This document shows positions 39,680 to 49,923 of a stretch of 64,000 nucleotides of DNA, piece by piece; the first letter of the stretch is position 1, and every line of letters starts with the position of its first letter. The DNA is from Pseudomonadota bacterium (GTDB lineage Bacteria; Desulfobacterota; Desulfobacteria; Desulfobacterales; JBDRRP01), in assembly GCA_043825735.1 (NCBI GenBank), contig JBDRRP010000093.1, forward strand, positions 1 to 64,000. Reading direction: 5' to 3'. The notes beneath the pieces are model-generated. The model made no database searches and had not been told where the DNA came from. It worked only from the letters and a program-made list of their open reading frames with translations. A program made the position numbers and the translations under genes.

Positions 39680-42600
39680 CTACCCCACCATCCGCCAGAC
39701 CCTGAGCCACTCGCTCAGGCCCCAGGCCTGGGCGTCGCACCCCCGCGGCCTATGCGGGCTGTCGCCGTCCATGATCTCGGGCAGATGCCCCACACACCCT
39801 GTCCGGAAAAGATCCATGGAGGCCAACAGGTATGCCCGTGCGGTGGTTTTCCCCGCATCGCCGTAAACGCGGTACCAGGCCTCGGCATAGACGGGGTAAG
39901 GCCAGGTCCAGGCGGTGCCGTTGTGGTAGGCCGGTTTGCGCATTGTGTCTTCATCGCCGGCATAATGGCCGCGGTAGGGCCTAAGGGGGTCGCCCAGCAC
40001 CTGAGCGCCGTGGGTGATGACCAGTGGACGAGACACCGGTCGATCGGCCAGGCTGCGGATGCCGCCGGGCACCAGGAGGCACTGACAGGCGGAGAGCACC
40101 CGCTCGGCCATCTCACGGTCCTCGAGGGCGCCCAGGGTGACGGCCAGCAACTGGTTGCAGCGCAGGGCATCATCGGCGGCGGCCTCACGGCAGGACACGC
40201 CGGGTGATGCCTGAAGGCAGTCCGCCAGATAGCCGCTGCCGGGCAGGAAAAACCGCTCGCCAATGGTCTTTCTAACCTTTTTTCTGAGCGCGACCCAATG
40301 CTTTGCGGCGTTTCCCGAAGAAATCTCCGCCAGGAAACCAAGGGTCGCCTGCCACAGCGCCTGGATTTCGATGGGATAGCCTTCGCGCGGCGTTCCGGCA
40401 GGATGGTTGGTGTCCATCCAGGTAAAATGGACAGGGCTGAAGAGCAGGCCGCTGGCAGGATCCATCCGGACCCCGTTGGGCGCACCGGCCTCAAGCGCGT
40501 GCGCCATATCCACCAGAACATTCTTCAGGGAGCGCTGTCCGCAGGCACGCTCGAGCACGGCGTTGCCGCCGGCGCGGGTGAGATCGCGGCAGGCCACCGC
40601 CAGCCACAGCGGGGCGTCCGATGTGTTGCGATTGCTGTCGTCACTGCCGGCGAGCATATTGGGCAGGGTACCTGCCTTTTCCAGTCGGGCATATGCCGTG
40701 ACGATATGCGTTGCCGTATCCAGGGCGCCCACGGCGATGAGACCCCGGCAGGCAATGAGGGTATCTCGGCCCCAATCAAGAAACCAGGGATAACCGGCGA
40801 TCACAGACTGCCCCGCATCCCGCCGGACCACGTACTGGGAAAGGGCCGCTTCAAGCATCGCCTCGAAATCCGGGGGCGCCGGGCCCGGGTGTGCCTGTAG
40901 CACAACGGCCTGACCGGTGGCCTCGACCATGACCGCATCGAGCACCGTGGTATCGCCACCGCCCAGATCCATAGTGAAATACCCCGGGCTGTAAAGATCG
41001 GAATCAGGGTCGAGCCCTCGCTCGGCCTCCAGCGGGCGGTGGACCATGTAGTGCCACTCCGGCTCGGCAACGAACCGGCCTGCATCCACCGTCATCCGCA
41101 GACCCGGCACACCCTTCGGCGTAAATGAAAAACCGTTTTGCGTGGCATGGACCGCCCCGGGCCAGTGTTGCTCCGGCCCCAGGTAGGCTTTCGTTGTGGC
41201 GTGAAAACTCCGGGATTCAATATCCGGCCTGACAATGATCCGCACTGGGCGCGCATCGTCGAGGTGATCCGGCTGGCATGCGGGCAGTCGATGGCAGTAA
41301 ACCCTGGCCGCCTCGGTGGCTTCGGGCATGGTCACGCTCACCTCAAGCCGGATATGTTCCCCCTGCCCCACGGGAACGTCATACACCCACAGGGCCCAGC
41401 CGCCGGGCTGGACGTGAAACCGCGTGAGGCAGTCCTCGTTCACCGTCAGTGAATAGTCCTGAAAAACCACCCACATCCGGCAGCGCGACAGCAGCACCCA
41501 CCGGTCGACAGGCACGTTCGGATCCGGGTTCACCGCCAGCAGGGCGTCGTATCGGCTCGCGAGATACCCCCACCGGGCATGGGCCCGCACCATGGCGCCC
41601 CGTCCGTTGGTGCCCAAAAACACCAGGGGATTCTTGAGCACATTTCGGCGATCGTAGGCGAGCGTCAGGTCCGGGCGAAAGCGTGCGTCCGGCAGCAGCT
41701 TGAGCTGCGCACTGTGGCGGCTGCGGGCGCCGTCGCCGTGATACCACACCAGCAGCTCGGCGTCCTGGGGAGCGGCCCCGGATACCAGCGGCAAAAGGCA
41801 AAAATGTCGGCCATCCCCTCTTTGGAAACTGTCCTGGCCGCAGAGCACGCGTGCGCCAGCTTCAACCCGGACACGAAAAGAGGCGTCTGCGGTAACCAAA
41901 AGCCCGTGGCCGGGGGGCACCATGACCGTGCGTCTGAGATCCTCCGGCCACCGCCAGCGTACCAGTCGCGGCTCCTGGTGGGTGCCCTGAAGCGTCCGAT
42001 AAAACGGCCCCGGCGCTTCCAGCAGCGCGCGGGCGGCGGCATCCAGATCCAGATCCGGATCGATCACCGGCTGGCCGTGAAGTTGATGGAGCACCTCCAG
42101 CACCAACGCTTTGGCGCGCTGCAGGTGGACCACCTCGTGGAAAGGCCCCGGGGTATTCACCCGGGCGTCCAGGGCACTCAGGTCCCTGGAATCGGGGCTC
42201 AGACATCGGATCTGACCGGCCTCGAGGTGGTGCCGGCAATAGCCCCCCGCAGTGTTGACGCTCACCGTTTCTCCGGTAAGCAGATCGGTGAAATCGGCAC
42301 CCGGATCGGGCAGTTGCTCGCGGCGCCACTGGGCAGCTACCGGCTGCGTGTCGCTGAGGTTGGACACCACGAGCAGCCAGCGGTCTGCCGTGAGGTGCCG
42401 GCGCAGCACCACGAGCGCCTCTGCGTCGCCATCCTGGATCAGGGAAAGATCCACCGGATCGACAAAACAGATATGGGTGCACAACAGTGCGCTGAGACGG
42501 CGGATGAACGCCAACTGGTTGGGCTCGGCCCCCCAGTTCAATGAAGTGGCGTCGTGAACGTTGATCTTCTCGGTGGCAAACCACTCCACGCCGTTGGTAA

Positions 42601-43948
42601 AGGCGAAAGCGCCGCGCTGGCTGGTAAGGGCCGCAAGGGCGGTGCGCAGCCGTGCCCAGGTGCGGGAGCGGGCGGCCAGGCGGTTGTTGTCATGGGTTTC
42701 AGCAAAATGCACGTTGATCCCCTCTTCCCGGCTGATCCGGTCGGCACCGGGAAGATAATGGGTAATGGCCCCACGGTCATAATTTTGAAAGAGCTCCGAG
42801 TAGGCCATGTCGAATCCGCCGTGATTGAGCAGGGCCCGTGTGACGGAAATCTTGCCCCCCAGTCCCTCCAGCAGGAACAGGGTTTCGGGAAACTGATCGC
42901 GCACGCGTGCGATAATATACTGCCAGGCCCTTTCGGGAATCATGTACCCCGCGTCACAGCGGAAACCATCAACTCCCCGTCGGCACCAGGTGAGAAAGAC
43001 CTCGGCCATGAACTGCCACAGCTCACGGTGCCGGTAGTCGAGGTGGGTCAGGTCCTCCCACACGACCCCCCAGGCACCGGGATTTTTTATGCGGCCCTCG
43101 CTGTCGCGCACCAACCACTCCGGATGGATCTCATGCAGACGCGCCGCCCAGCCGGTGTGGTTGACGGCCATGTCCAAAATGAGCAGGGCGCCGCGCCGGT
43201 GCACCGCGTCCAGGAGTTCAAAAAACTGCTCAAGGGGCGTGGCTGCCGGATCGAACACGGCCAGCGCCGGATCCACGGCGGTAAAACCGAGCGCCGCGTA
43301 AGGACTGCCGAAGCGTCCCATGCGCGCGTAGGTGGTGGGCGTGGGATGGACCGGCAACAATTGAATGATCCGGCAGCCCAGTGTACCGATGATGACATCC
43401 AGTTCGACGATAAAATCGCGAAACGTACCGGATGGCGGAATGACGGTGTAGTGATGCTCGTCCAGATAGCGCACCACATCCGCCTGGCGCTGTGTCAACG
43501 GCCGGGCGGCGCGCTTGGCAGGACCGAACTGGCGGATGAACGCATTATAAATGGTATTGGCGGCGACGCACACCGCCGGCATGACATTGATGATGGCGTT
43601 ATCGCCCGGGGGCCACACCGGCCGAGATGGGGCATCCACTGAAATAAACAGACACTTGGCGCCAAAATGCCCCGGCTGGCGCAGTGCCAATCGGATTTCA
43701 AAGGCCCCCTTGCCCACCGCGCGCATGGGGACATCGAACCAATCAGTACCCAGACGCGCCTGGCGATCGTCTACTTCGTCGATGACCTCCGCCCGTTTCC
43801 TTGCGGCCATGCCGATGTTGGTCCGCACGAAGGCGCTGCCGTCAGCGCCCCGCGATACCCGCAATCGTATGGTGATGACATCGCCGCAGACCAGCAGACG
43901 CTGGCTACCGGGCTGAGGGGTCTGTTCAAGAGTGATGGATAGTGTCAC
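39680..43948 (-). CDS. Bifunctional glycogen debranching enzyme: GH13 domain + amylo-alpha-1,6-glucosidase (GH133)
   Basis: GH13 motifs DMAVNH, DGFRCDAG, LLEGLG and ETHD; GH133 motifs IAGYPWFLDWGRD, TWMD, YHNGTAW and GCDAQAW. Confidence 0.88.
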   Translation of the reverse strand: MTLSITLEQTPQPGSQRLLVCGDVITIRLRVSRGADGSAFVRTNIGMAARKRAEVIDEVDDRQARLGTDWFDVPMRAVGKGAFEIRLALRQPGHFGAKCLFISVDAPSRPVWPPGDNAIINVMPAVCVAANTIYNAFIRQFGPAKRAARPLTQRQADVVRYLDEHHYTVIPPSGTFRDFIVELDVIIGTLGCRIIQLLPVHPTPTTYARMGRFGSPYAALGFTAVDPALAVFDPAATPLEQFFELLDAVHRRGALLILDMAVNHTGWAARLHEIHPEWLVRDSEGRIKNPGAWGVVWEDLTHLDYRHRELWQFMAEVFLTWCRRGVDGFRCDAGYMIPERAWQYIIARVRDQFPETLFLLEGLGGKISVTRALLNHGGFDMAYSELFQNYDRGAITHYLPGADRISREEGINVHFAETHDNNRLAARSRTWARLRTALAALTSQRGAFAFTNGVEWFATEKINVHDATSLNWGAEPNQLAFIRRLSALLCTHICFVDPVDLSLIQDGDAEALVVLRRHLTADRWLLVVSNLSDTQPVAAQWRREQLPDPGADFTDLLTGETVSVNTAGGYCRHHLEAGQIRCLSPDSRDLSALDARVNTPGPFHEVVHLQRAKALVLEVLHQLHGQPVIDPDLDLDAAARALLEAPGPFYRTLQGTHQEPRLVRWRWPEDLRRTVMVPPGHGLLVTADASFRVRVEAGARVLCGQDSFQRGDGRHFCLLPLVSGAAPQDAELLVWYHGDGARSRHSAQLKLLPDARFRPDLTLAYDRRNVLKNPLVFLGTNGRGAMVRAHARWGYLASRYDALLAVNPDPNVPVDRWVLLSRCRMWVVFQDYSLTVNEDCLTRFHVQPGGWALWVYDVPVGQGEHIRLEVSVTMPEATEAARVYCHRLPACQPDHLDDARPVRIIVRPDIESRSFHATTKAYLGPEQHWPGAVHATQNGFSFTPKGVPGLRMTVDAGRFVAEPEWHYMVHRPLEAERGLDPDSDLYSPGYFTMDLGGGDTTVLDAVMVEATGQAVVLQAHPGPAPPDFEAMLEAALSQYVVRRDAGQSVIAGYPWFLDWGRDTLIACRGLIAVGALDTATHIVTAYARLEKAGTLPNMLAGSDDSNRNTSDAPLWLAVACRDLTRAGGNAVLERACGQRSLKNVLVDMAHALEAGAPNGVRMDPASGLLFSPVHFTWMDTNHPAGTPREGYPIEIQALWQATLGFLAEISSGNAAKHWVALRKKVRKTIGERFFLPGSGYLADCLQASPGVSCREAAADDALRCNQLLAVTLGALEDREMAERVLSACQCLLVPGGIRSLADRPVSRPLVITHGAQVLGDPLRPYRGHYAGDEDTMRKPAYHNGTAWTWPYPVYAEAWYRVYGDAGKTTARAYLLASMDLFRTGCVGHLPEIMDGDSPHRPRGCDAQAWGLSEWLRVWRMVG

Positions 43949-44139
43949 GACGTTGCCTCGTTGGTGCGTTTTTCAAAAGACAGTGCGGTGCCATGCCGCC
44001 TGCGCCGGCAACTCACCCGGCCGGGGTCGTAGAGACGATGCCCCTCAGTATATCGCGAAGACGCAAAGAGTAAACGACCAATTATCTCATGCCGGCTGAG
44101 CCGGATGCCGAACGCGGCGGACAGGGGCACAGCAGGGCA

Positions 44140-45570
44140 TCAGGAAGCAGCGTCGGCATGCCCGGGCTTGAAGGTTTCTTTATAGATGCCGTAGCGGTTG
44201 AGGAGTTTGTTCAGCTGACGAGTGCTGATGCCGGCTTCGGCGGCGGAGATATTGATGCGGCCTTTATTTCTCGACACCAGCTCCTTGAGGTACTGGTGTT
44301 CGGTCTCCTCCACCGCCTGGCGACGCACGTCAGCGAGTGTCTTGGACATATCCAGGGGCAGGCTCGCGGTGTGGCCGCTCTGAACGATCTCCTGGGGAAA
44401 GCTTTCGGGAGCCAGGGCGTCACCGCTTTCAAGGATGTGGGCCCGCTCGATCACGTTTTGCAGTTCCCGGATGTTGCCGGGCCAGCCGTATTGCTGCAAG
44501 GCGGTCATCACCTGGGGGTAAACGCCGTGGATGCGCTTATTGTTGAGGCGATTGAATCGGTTGATAAAAGCGTCCACCAGTAGCGGGATGTCCGCCTTTC
44601 GTTCTCTGAGGGGCGGCGCGTAGATGGGAAATACGTTGAGCCGGTAGAAAAGATCCTTGCGGAAAGCACCGGCATCCACCAATGATTTTAAGTCCATGTT
44701 GGTGGCGGCCACGAGTCGCACATCGGTACGCAGGGCCAGCTCGCCACCAACCCGGCTGAACTCGCCCTCTTGAATGACGGTAAGCAGTTTAATCTGGGCG
44801 GCGGCGGTGATGGTACCGATTTCGTCAAGGAACAGGGTGCCGCCGCGGGCGACTTCGAATTTTCCTCGCTTCATGCGGATGGCCCCGGTGAAAGCGCCTT
44901 TTTCGTGACCGAAGAGTTCACTCTCCAGAAGCGTATCCGGGATGGCCCCGCAATGGATGCTGATAAACGGCCCCTGGTTGCGATGGCTGTAATGATGAAT
45001 CAGTTTGGCCAGACGGGTCTTTCCGGTTCCGGTCTCTCCACAGAGCAGCACTGTGGAGCGTGTTGCAGCAACGGACTGGATTTGCTTGAGCACCAGTTTC
45101 ATGTTGTCGCACCGGGTACCGACGCTGTCATCGCTCACCGTCGCCCAGGATTCGTCCCGCAGATGCTTGAGCTCTGACTGGATGATGGCACCTTCACCGA
45201 TTTCCGAAATGATCAGGCGGACTTCTTCGGTGTCGATGGGATGGGTGAGATAATTGCTGGCGCCGACTTTGACGGCCATGACCGCGTCGCGCACATGCTC
45301 GGCCGGCGCCATGACCACCACTTCCATACCCGGTTGGACAGCGCTGAAAGACTCCAGCAAGTCACGGGTGGCACTGATCATGTCTTTGCGGGTAGCGTGC
45401 CCATTCATCCCCTCCAACTCCAGGAAAAGAATGTCGAAAAAATGCCCCTGCAGCCGTTCGAGCACGGCATCGGCATCACTCACGAAGGTAAATTGGTCGC
45501 CGACGGCAAGACTTTCCTTGATCGCAGCGGCAACATCCCGGCGTCTTGTGGAAACGATAATGTTTTTCAT
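44140..45570 (-). CDS. sigma54-dependent activator (NtrC family) with atypical receiver domain
   Basis: GETGTGKT, ESELFGHEKGAFTGA, LFLDEI, FRKDLFYRL, WPGNIREL and C-terminal Fis HTH. Confidence 0.93.
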   Translation of the reverse strand: MKNIIVSTRRRDVAAAIKESLAVGDQFTFVSDADAVLERLQGHFFDILFLELEGMNGHATRKDMISATRDLLESFSAVQPGMEVVVMAPAEHVRDAVMAVKVGASNYLTHPIDTEEVRLIISEIGEGAIIQSELKHLRDESWATVSDDSVGTRCDNMKLVLKQIQSVAATRSTVLLCGETGTGKTRLAKLIHHYSHRNQGPFISIHCGAIPDTLLESELFGHEKGAFTGAIRMKRGKFEVARGGTLFLDEIGTITAAAQIKLLTVIQEGEFSRVGGELALRTDVRLVAATNMDLKSLVDAGAFRKDLFYRLNVFPIYAPPLRERKADIPLLVDAFINRFNRLNNKRIHGVYPQVMTALQQYGWPGNIRELQNVIERAHILESGDALAPESFPQEIVQSGHTASLPLDMSKTLADVRRQAVEETEHQYLKELVSRNKGRINISAAEAGISTRQLNKLLNRYGIYKETFKPGHADAAS

Positions 45571-45713
45571 GGGCAAGCTGTCCCAGATAAAGTGAACGCA
45601 GTGTCGTGAGGGCTCTATAGCAAATATGTCGACGCTCTTCAAATCGGAACCGCTGGTTCCAACGAAACCGTCAGTTCAGGGCTTTCATATATATTCTCAG
45701 AATGTTATAGGCG

Positions 45714-45729
45714 TGGCATACTGTTTGCT
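45714..45729 (+). promoter_or_regulatory. sigma54 promoter of the usp gene, with upstream palindrome GGAACC-N3-GGTTCC (45646-45660)
   Basis: TGGCATA-CTGT-TTGCT, divergent from the activator gene. Confidence 0.8.
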
Positions 45730-45770
45730 GGTGGAAAGCGAACCGCATACCACACAAGGAGATGCCGACG

Positions 45771-46256
45771 ATGACCGAAACCGTCCGCCGCATTCTCATT
45801 GCTTATGATTTTTCGGCCCATGCCGAGTGCGCACTGACCATGGGGCTGGCCGTAGCCCGTCGATTTTCCGCGGAGGTCCTGGTCCTCAATGTCATCAACC
45901 AACGGGACATCGCAGCCATCGAACAGGCCGCGAACCGTTCGTTGCTGGTAGCCGACTGTGCAGACACTGAAAAAATCGTCCGGGAATACGAAGAAGACCG
46001 CGCCCAGCAGCTCAAAGAGAGCCTCGCGCCGCACTGCAGCGCCGATATGACGCCTCAGGCGCTGGTCCGAATCGGCGACCCGGTGGAAGAGATTCTTGAG
46101 GTGGCCAAGGCCAAACGCTCAGATCTCATCGTAATGGGGGCCAGAGGGAGAAACCGGGTCAGCCGCCTGCTAACGGGTAGCAAAGCGGAGACGGTCTTTC
46201 GTCTCTCACCCATAGCCATTCTCAGCGTCCGCGACGCCGGCGACAACGTCATATAG
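45771..46256 (+). CDS. Universal stress protein
   Basis: ILIAYDFS, GDPVEEI and DLIVMGARG...GSKAE motifs. Confidence 0.93.
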   Translation: MTETVRRILIAYDFSAHAECALTMGLAVARRFSAEVLVLNVINQRDIAAIEQAANRSLLVADCADTEKIVREYEEDRAQQLKESLAPHCSADMTPQALVRIGDPVEEILEVAKAKRSDLIVMGARGRNRVSRLLTGSKAETVFRLSPIAILSVRDAGDNVI

Positions 46257-46345
46257 GCCATGCCGATAACAGCCCTTCAATCCCACCGGCCGGCGGCGGC
46301 TGGAGGCCGCATCAACCACTGATGCCAACAGGGGGAAAGACAATT

Positions 46346-46882
46346 ATGAAAACCCATCGCAGGATCATAGCGATCACAACCGCTCTTTTAATCGTGACTG
46401 GAGGGGCGGTTTCGGCGGCACCCCAGACGCCCAAGGCCGTGGTATCGGACTTTCAGGAAGTGCTGATTCAGTTGTCGGCAGCCCAAACACGATTCGATGT
46501 GCTGCTCAAATATCTGGACGACTCACGGGAAGCCAACCGCGCTTACGACGAATACAAAAATGTCTGGCTGGCCACCACGGTGGCGATCTCCGCGGCGGCG
46601 GCCATCTGCGAGTACGAAACCGATCAGTTGACGCTGTTTCTGGAGCTTAAGCAAAAGCGACGGCGCCTCTATGCCGGGGTCCGCACAGCGAGTCTTGAAA
46701 ACAATGTGCGCCAAATGCGTCTGATGATGGAACAGATCGCCATCAGCGACGGTCTGTTCCCGCCAAAGATTGAACAACAAGACCTCATGGCGCAGATCCG
46801 GCAGCAGATGACGGCCGTTATCGTGCTCCTGGGAAAAAGCCGGGAACTGGTTCTCGCGCTGGAACCGCCTTCAGGCCAATAG
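46346..46882 (+). CDS. Exported helical hypothetical protein
   Basis: Signal peptide MKTHRRIIAITTALLIVTGGAVSA; no family recognised. Confidence 0.7.
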   Translation: MKTHRRIIAITTALLIVTGGAVSAAPQTPKAVVSDFQEVLIQLSAAQTRFDVLLKYLDDSREANRAYDEYKNVWLATTVAISAAAAICEYETDQLTLFLELKQKRRRLYAGVRTASLENNVRQMRLMMEQIAISDGLFPPKIEQQDLMAQIRQQMTAVIVLLGKSRELVLALEPPSGQ

Positions 46883-46886
46883 CGGA

Positions 46887-47879
46887 TCAGCTCACCAGGG
46901 CATTGACCCGGTGCAGGTCGTCCTCCCGCCCTAAAAAAACGATGGTCTCCCCGGCATTGAGCACTTCATTTGGGTTTGGCGCGAAAACCATCTCCTTGCT
47001 GGGGCGTTTGATGGCCACGATCATCACGCCAAACTGGCTGCGCACATTGCTCTCCAGTATCGATTTTCCCGCCAGCGGCGAGTGGGTGCTGAGCACGGTC
47101 TCCTCCATGGTGAGCCCCAGGGGGTGCCCGGTGGTGGCATCGTCTATAAAATCAACCACTGTGGGACGCCGGATCACCTGGGCCATTCGACGGCCGCCGA
47201 TGAGATAGGGACAGACCACCCGACTGGCGCCGGCGCGCATCATTTTCTCCTGGTTTTTTTCCTCCGACGCCCTGGACAACACGAAGATATCGGGCCTGAG
47301 ACCTTTGGCGGTAAGGGTGATGAAAACGTTGTTGGCGTCTTCACGCACCGCGGTCACCAGGCCCCGCGCACGCATGATACCGGCCCTTTTGAGGGCCTCT
47401 TCCATGGTCGCGTCGGCGATGAGATAGATACGGCCGTCGCGATCGAGTTCGGCGATTTTCCCATCATTGGCCTCGACGACAATAAACGGGATCGCCGCCT
47501 CGAGCAGTTCGGTGCAGACGATCCTTCCGATGCGCCCATAGCCGCAGACAATATAGTGATTGGATAGGCTTTCAATCTGTTTCACCAGTTTTCTCCTTCC
47601 AAGCAGTCGCTGCAGTTCTCCTTCCAAAAGAAGGCTGATCATTTGCCCCAGAACGTATGTCAGTGTGCTGATGCCGGTGACAATGACAAAGATGGTGACC
47701 CATCGGCCAGCCTGGGTCAGTGGCTTGATCTCGGAAAACCCCACGGTGCTCATGGTAATGATGGTCATGTAGAACGCTTCGAAAACCGGCATGTCCTCGA
47801 TGACGGTGTACCCCACGGTACCGACGGTGAGGATCACCAACAGCAAAAGGAGAGACAGCCGCAGGCGGGAGAAATCCAT
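46887..47879 (-). CDS. 2-TM potassium channel with TrkA-N/TrkA-C (RCK) domains
   Basis: Pore segment TMSTVGFSE; Rossmann motif CGYGRIG; C-terminal RCK_C. Confidence 0.92.
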   Translation of the reverse strand: MDFSRLRLSLLLLLVILTVGTVGYTVIEDMPVFEAFYMTIITMSTVGFSEIKPLTQAGRWVTIFVIVTGISTLTYVLGQMISLLLEGELQRLLGRRKLVKQIESLSNHYIVCGYGRIGRIVCTELLEAAIPFIVVEANDGKIAELDRDGRIYLIADATMEEALKRAGIMRARGLVTAVREDANNVFITLTAKGLRPDIFVLSRASEEKNQEKMMRAGASRVVCPYLIGGRRMAQVIRRPTVVDFIDDATTGHPLGLTMEETVLSTHSPLAGKSILESNVRSQFGVMIVAIKRPSKEMVFAPNPNEVLNAGETIVFLGREDDLHRVNALVS

Positions 47880-48001
47880 AATTCGAGGCTCCGCTCGGCA
47901 GACCGGACGTTTATGTGTCCATGCCGAAGAAATGGATCAACAACGTGTTCAGCGATCGCTTTATGACCGCATCCGAATAGTGCCGCCGGACCGCATCATA
48001 A

Positions 48002-48138
48002 TTGATGAATCCGTAAAAAGTGTTTTTTAACCACCGAGACCGCAGAGGGCCGCAGAGAATATACTGAATAATTAGCAAGTTATCTCTGCGCTCTCTGTGT
48101 CCTCTGTGGTGATTTCAGACTTTTTACGGGACTGTCAT
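48002..48138. repeat. MITE-like palindromic element (copy C)
   Basis: TTGATGAATCCGTAAAAAG ... GACTTTTTACGGGACTGTCA. Confidence 0.85.
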
Positions 48139-48579
48139 AATTGTGCAACAGCAGGTTCGGAAATAGTGTAGCGCCCGGATGAAAATTTCGCAACCGACAG
48201 CGGAGGGGCACCCCCCGTCCAATGAGCCTCCGGGGGCCTGCCGGCGTCGGAATCCAGAGTTCCGAAAATGGTTGACGGCAGAACCCCCGTTTCTTCTTTT
48301 TCGATAGAAAAGTGGTGACTCCGGGAAAAAGTGGTCTCGCACCGGAGAGCCGGCATCACCGGGTAAGGCGATCGGCGAACGCGCTTCAGGAACCGATCAT
48401 GATCTCCGACACGGCCCGCGTCGCCTTGGCACGCGGCCGTGCCAATACAAGAACTTTTTTAAAATCGGAAAGTTATCGGTAAAACCGTTTCCGGTGAAGA
48501 TGCCCTGCCGGATGCGTTGATATAAAATCCGGAACAATTCATCGGTAAACATCCCAATGGGTGGCCGATTGCCCAGGGA

Positions 48580-48595
48580 TGGCATGCGGATTGCT
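48580..48595 (+). promoter_or_regulatory. sigma54 promoter
   Basis: TGGCATG-CGGA-TTGCT upstream of the zinc-ribbon gene. Confidence 0.75.
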
Positions 48596-48668
48596 CTAAA
48601 AGTACAGACCGTTGAAAAACGGCCCGCCATGCCGTTTCCGGATGGCCATATTCCTGTGGAGAGTGATC

Positions 48669-48872
48669 ATGAATGCTTTTTACCTGACATGCGTACAGTG
48701 CAATGCTGAGTTTGTGTTTACCGAAGAAGAAGCCGATCGCTACGGCCAGATGGGATTCGACCCACCCCAGCGCTGCCCTTTGTGCCGACGCCAGAAACGA
48801 AAAGATACCAGCGACGACCACTCTGGCCGCCACAATCAGAAAAAGCGGGACTATAATCGCAAATATGCCTGA
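48669..48872 (+). CDS. Small zinc-ribbon protein
   Basis: LTCVQC..EFVFTEEE...GF..PQRCPLCR; GGAG RBS. Confidence 0.85.
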   Translation: MNAFYLTCVQCNAEFVFTEEEADRYGQMGFDPPQRCPLCRRQKRKDTSDDHSGRHNQKKRDYNRKYA

Positions 48873-49050
48873 TCACTCCAGCGGCTGCCATTGCGGGTAA
48901 TCAGGCGCAGCGTCTCTTGAGTGTGCTCTGCGTTTTTATCAGCCTGGAAACGGCCATTGCCAAACGTCAAACGGCCAGCCGCATGCGGCAGGCCGTTTGA
49001 GGAGCAGCCGATCATGGCCTCAGCAGCGCGGAGACCATGCAGAAGGCATT

Positions 49051-49317
49051 TTAGAGATCCGCGTTCAATTTCTTTGAAGCGACAAACTTGGGTACCCTGC
49101 TGGCGGCAATGGTGATCTTCTCTCCGGTCTTGGGGTTGACTCCGTTGCGGGCTTTCCGGGCGTGAACTTTGAAACTTCCGAACCCAGGCAGCGTCAGGGT
49201 GTCATCTGCTTTCAACACGCCCTCGATGGTTTGCATGATGCAGTTCAAAGCGGCCGTCGCCTGCTGCTTGCTTGCCAATACTTCAGCCATTTCGTTGATC
49301 AGTTCTGCCTTGTTCAA
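49051..49317 (-). CDS. hup: HU family DNA-binding protein (TTG start)
   Basis: NKAELI, GFGSF, RKARNGVNPKTGE and PKF motifs; AGGAG RBS. Confidence 0.92.
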   Translation of the reverse strand: MNKAELINEMAEVLASKQQATAALNCIMQTIEGVLKADDTLTLPGFGSFKVHARKARNGVNPKTGEKITIAASRVPKFVASKKLNADL

Positions 49318-49578
49318 TCTATGATCTCCTCTTTTGGTGTTTCTCTTCTGCCGACGTTTCGCTGGCACGTCTTATCCTCACGCACCAGCGCGCATATGCT
49401 GGGATTGTCGCAATGGCGACAATTCTGATGGTCCGACAGCGGGCATTCCGGATGGGCTTTTGACATATCTCGACCAATCTGGGGTTGGCACCGCCATCGC
49501 CATATTCCTGATCATGCCAACCGGCAGCGCGGTACTGATGTAATACGCATCACGCCCAAGGCCGGCGATATGGGCCGT

Positions 49579-49923
49579 TTAGGCCGCCCGAGGTGTCACA
49601 CTGGGTCGTGATAGTTCGACTTTGCCGCTGTCCTTGTCATACCATCCCTGGAACAGGATCAAATCGGCGGCGGTTTCCAGGCTGTTGTAATCTGTCACCC
49701 GTACCCCTCTGGAATCTGCTTCGGCAGGGTTGAAAATGCGAACGAAAAAAATCGTTTTCGATCCTTCCCGCGGCATGACGACCGCCTTGTAATTCCAGAT
49801 GGTGTCCGGGTCTTCCTTGAGTTTGGTCACCATATATTGCCCGACGAGCTGGGGCAGATCCCGAGGCCTGGGGAGTTTGGTGACATTCGAGTCTGCTTCT
49901 TTGGACCAAAATTTCCATTTCAT
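49579..49923 (-). CDS. Hypothetical protein
   Basis: MKWKFWSKE...; AGGAG RBS; plausible globular composition. Confidence 0.7.
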   Translation of the reverse strand: MKWKFWSKEADSNVTKLPRPRDLPQLVGQYMVTKLKEDPDTIWNYKAVVMPREGSKTIFFVRIFNPAEADSRGVRVTDYNSLETAADLILFQGWYDKDSGKVELSRPSVTPRAA

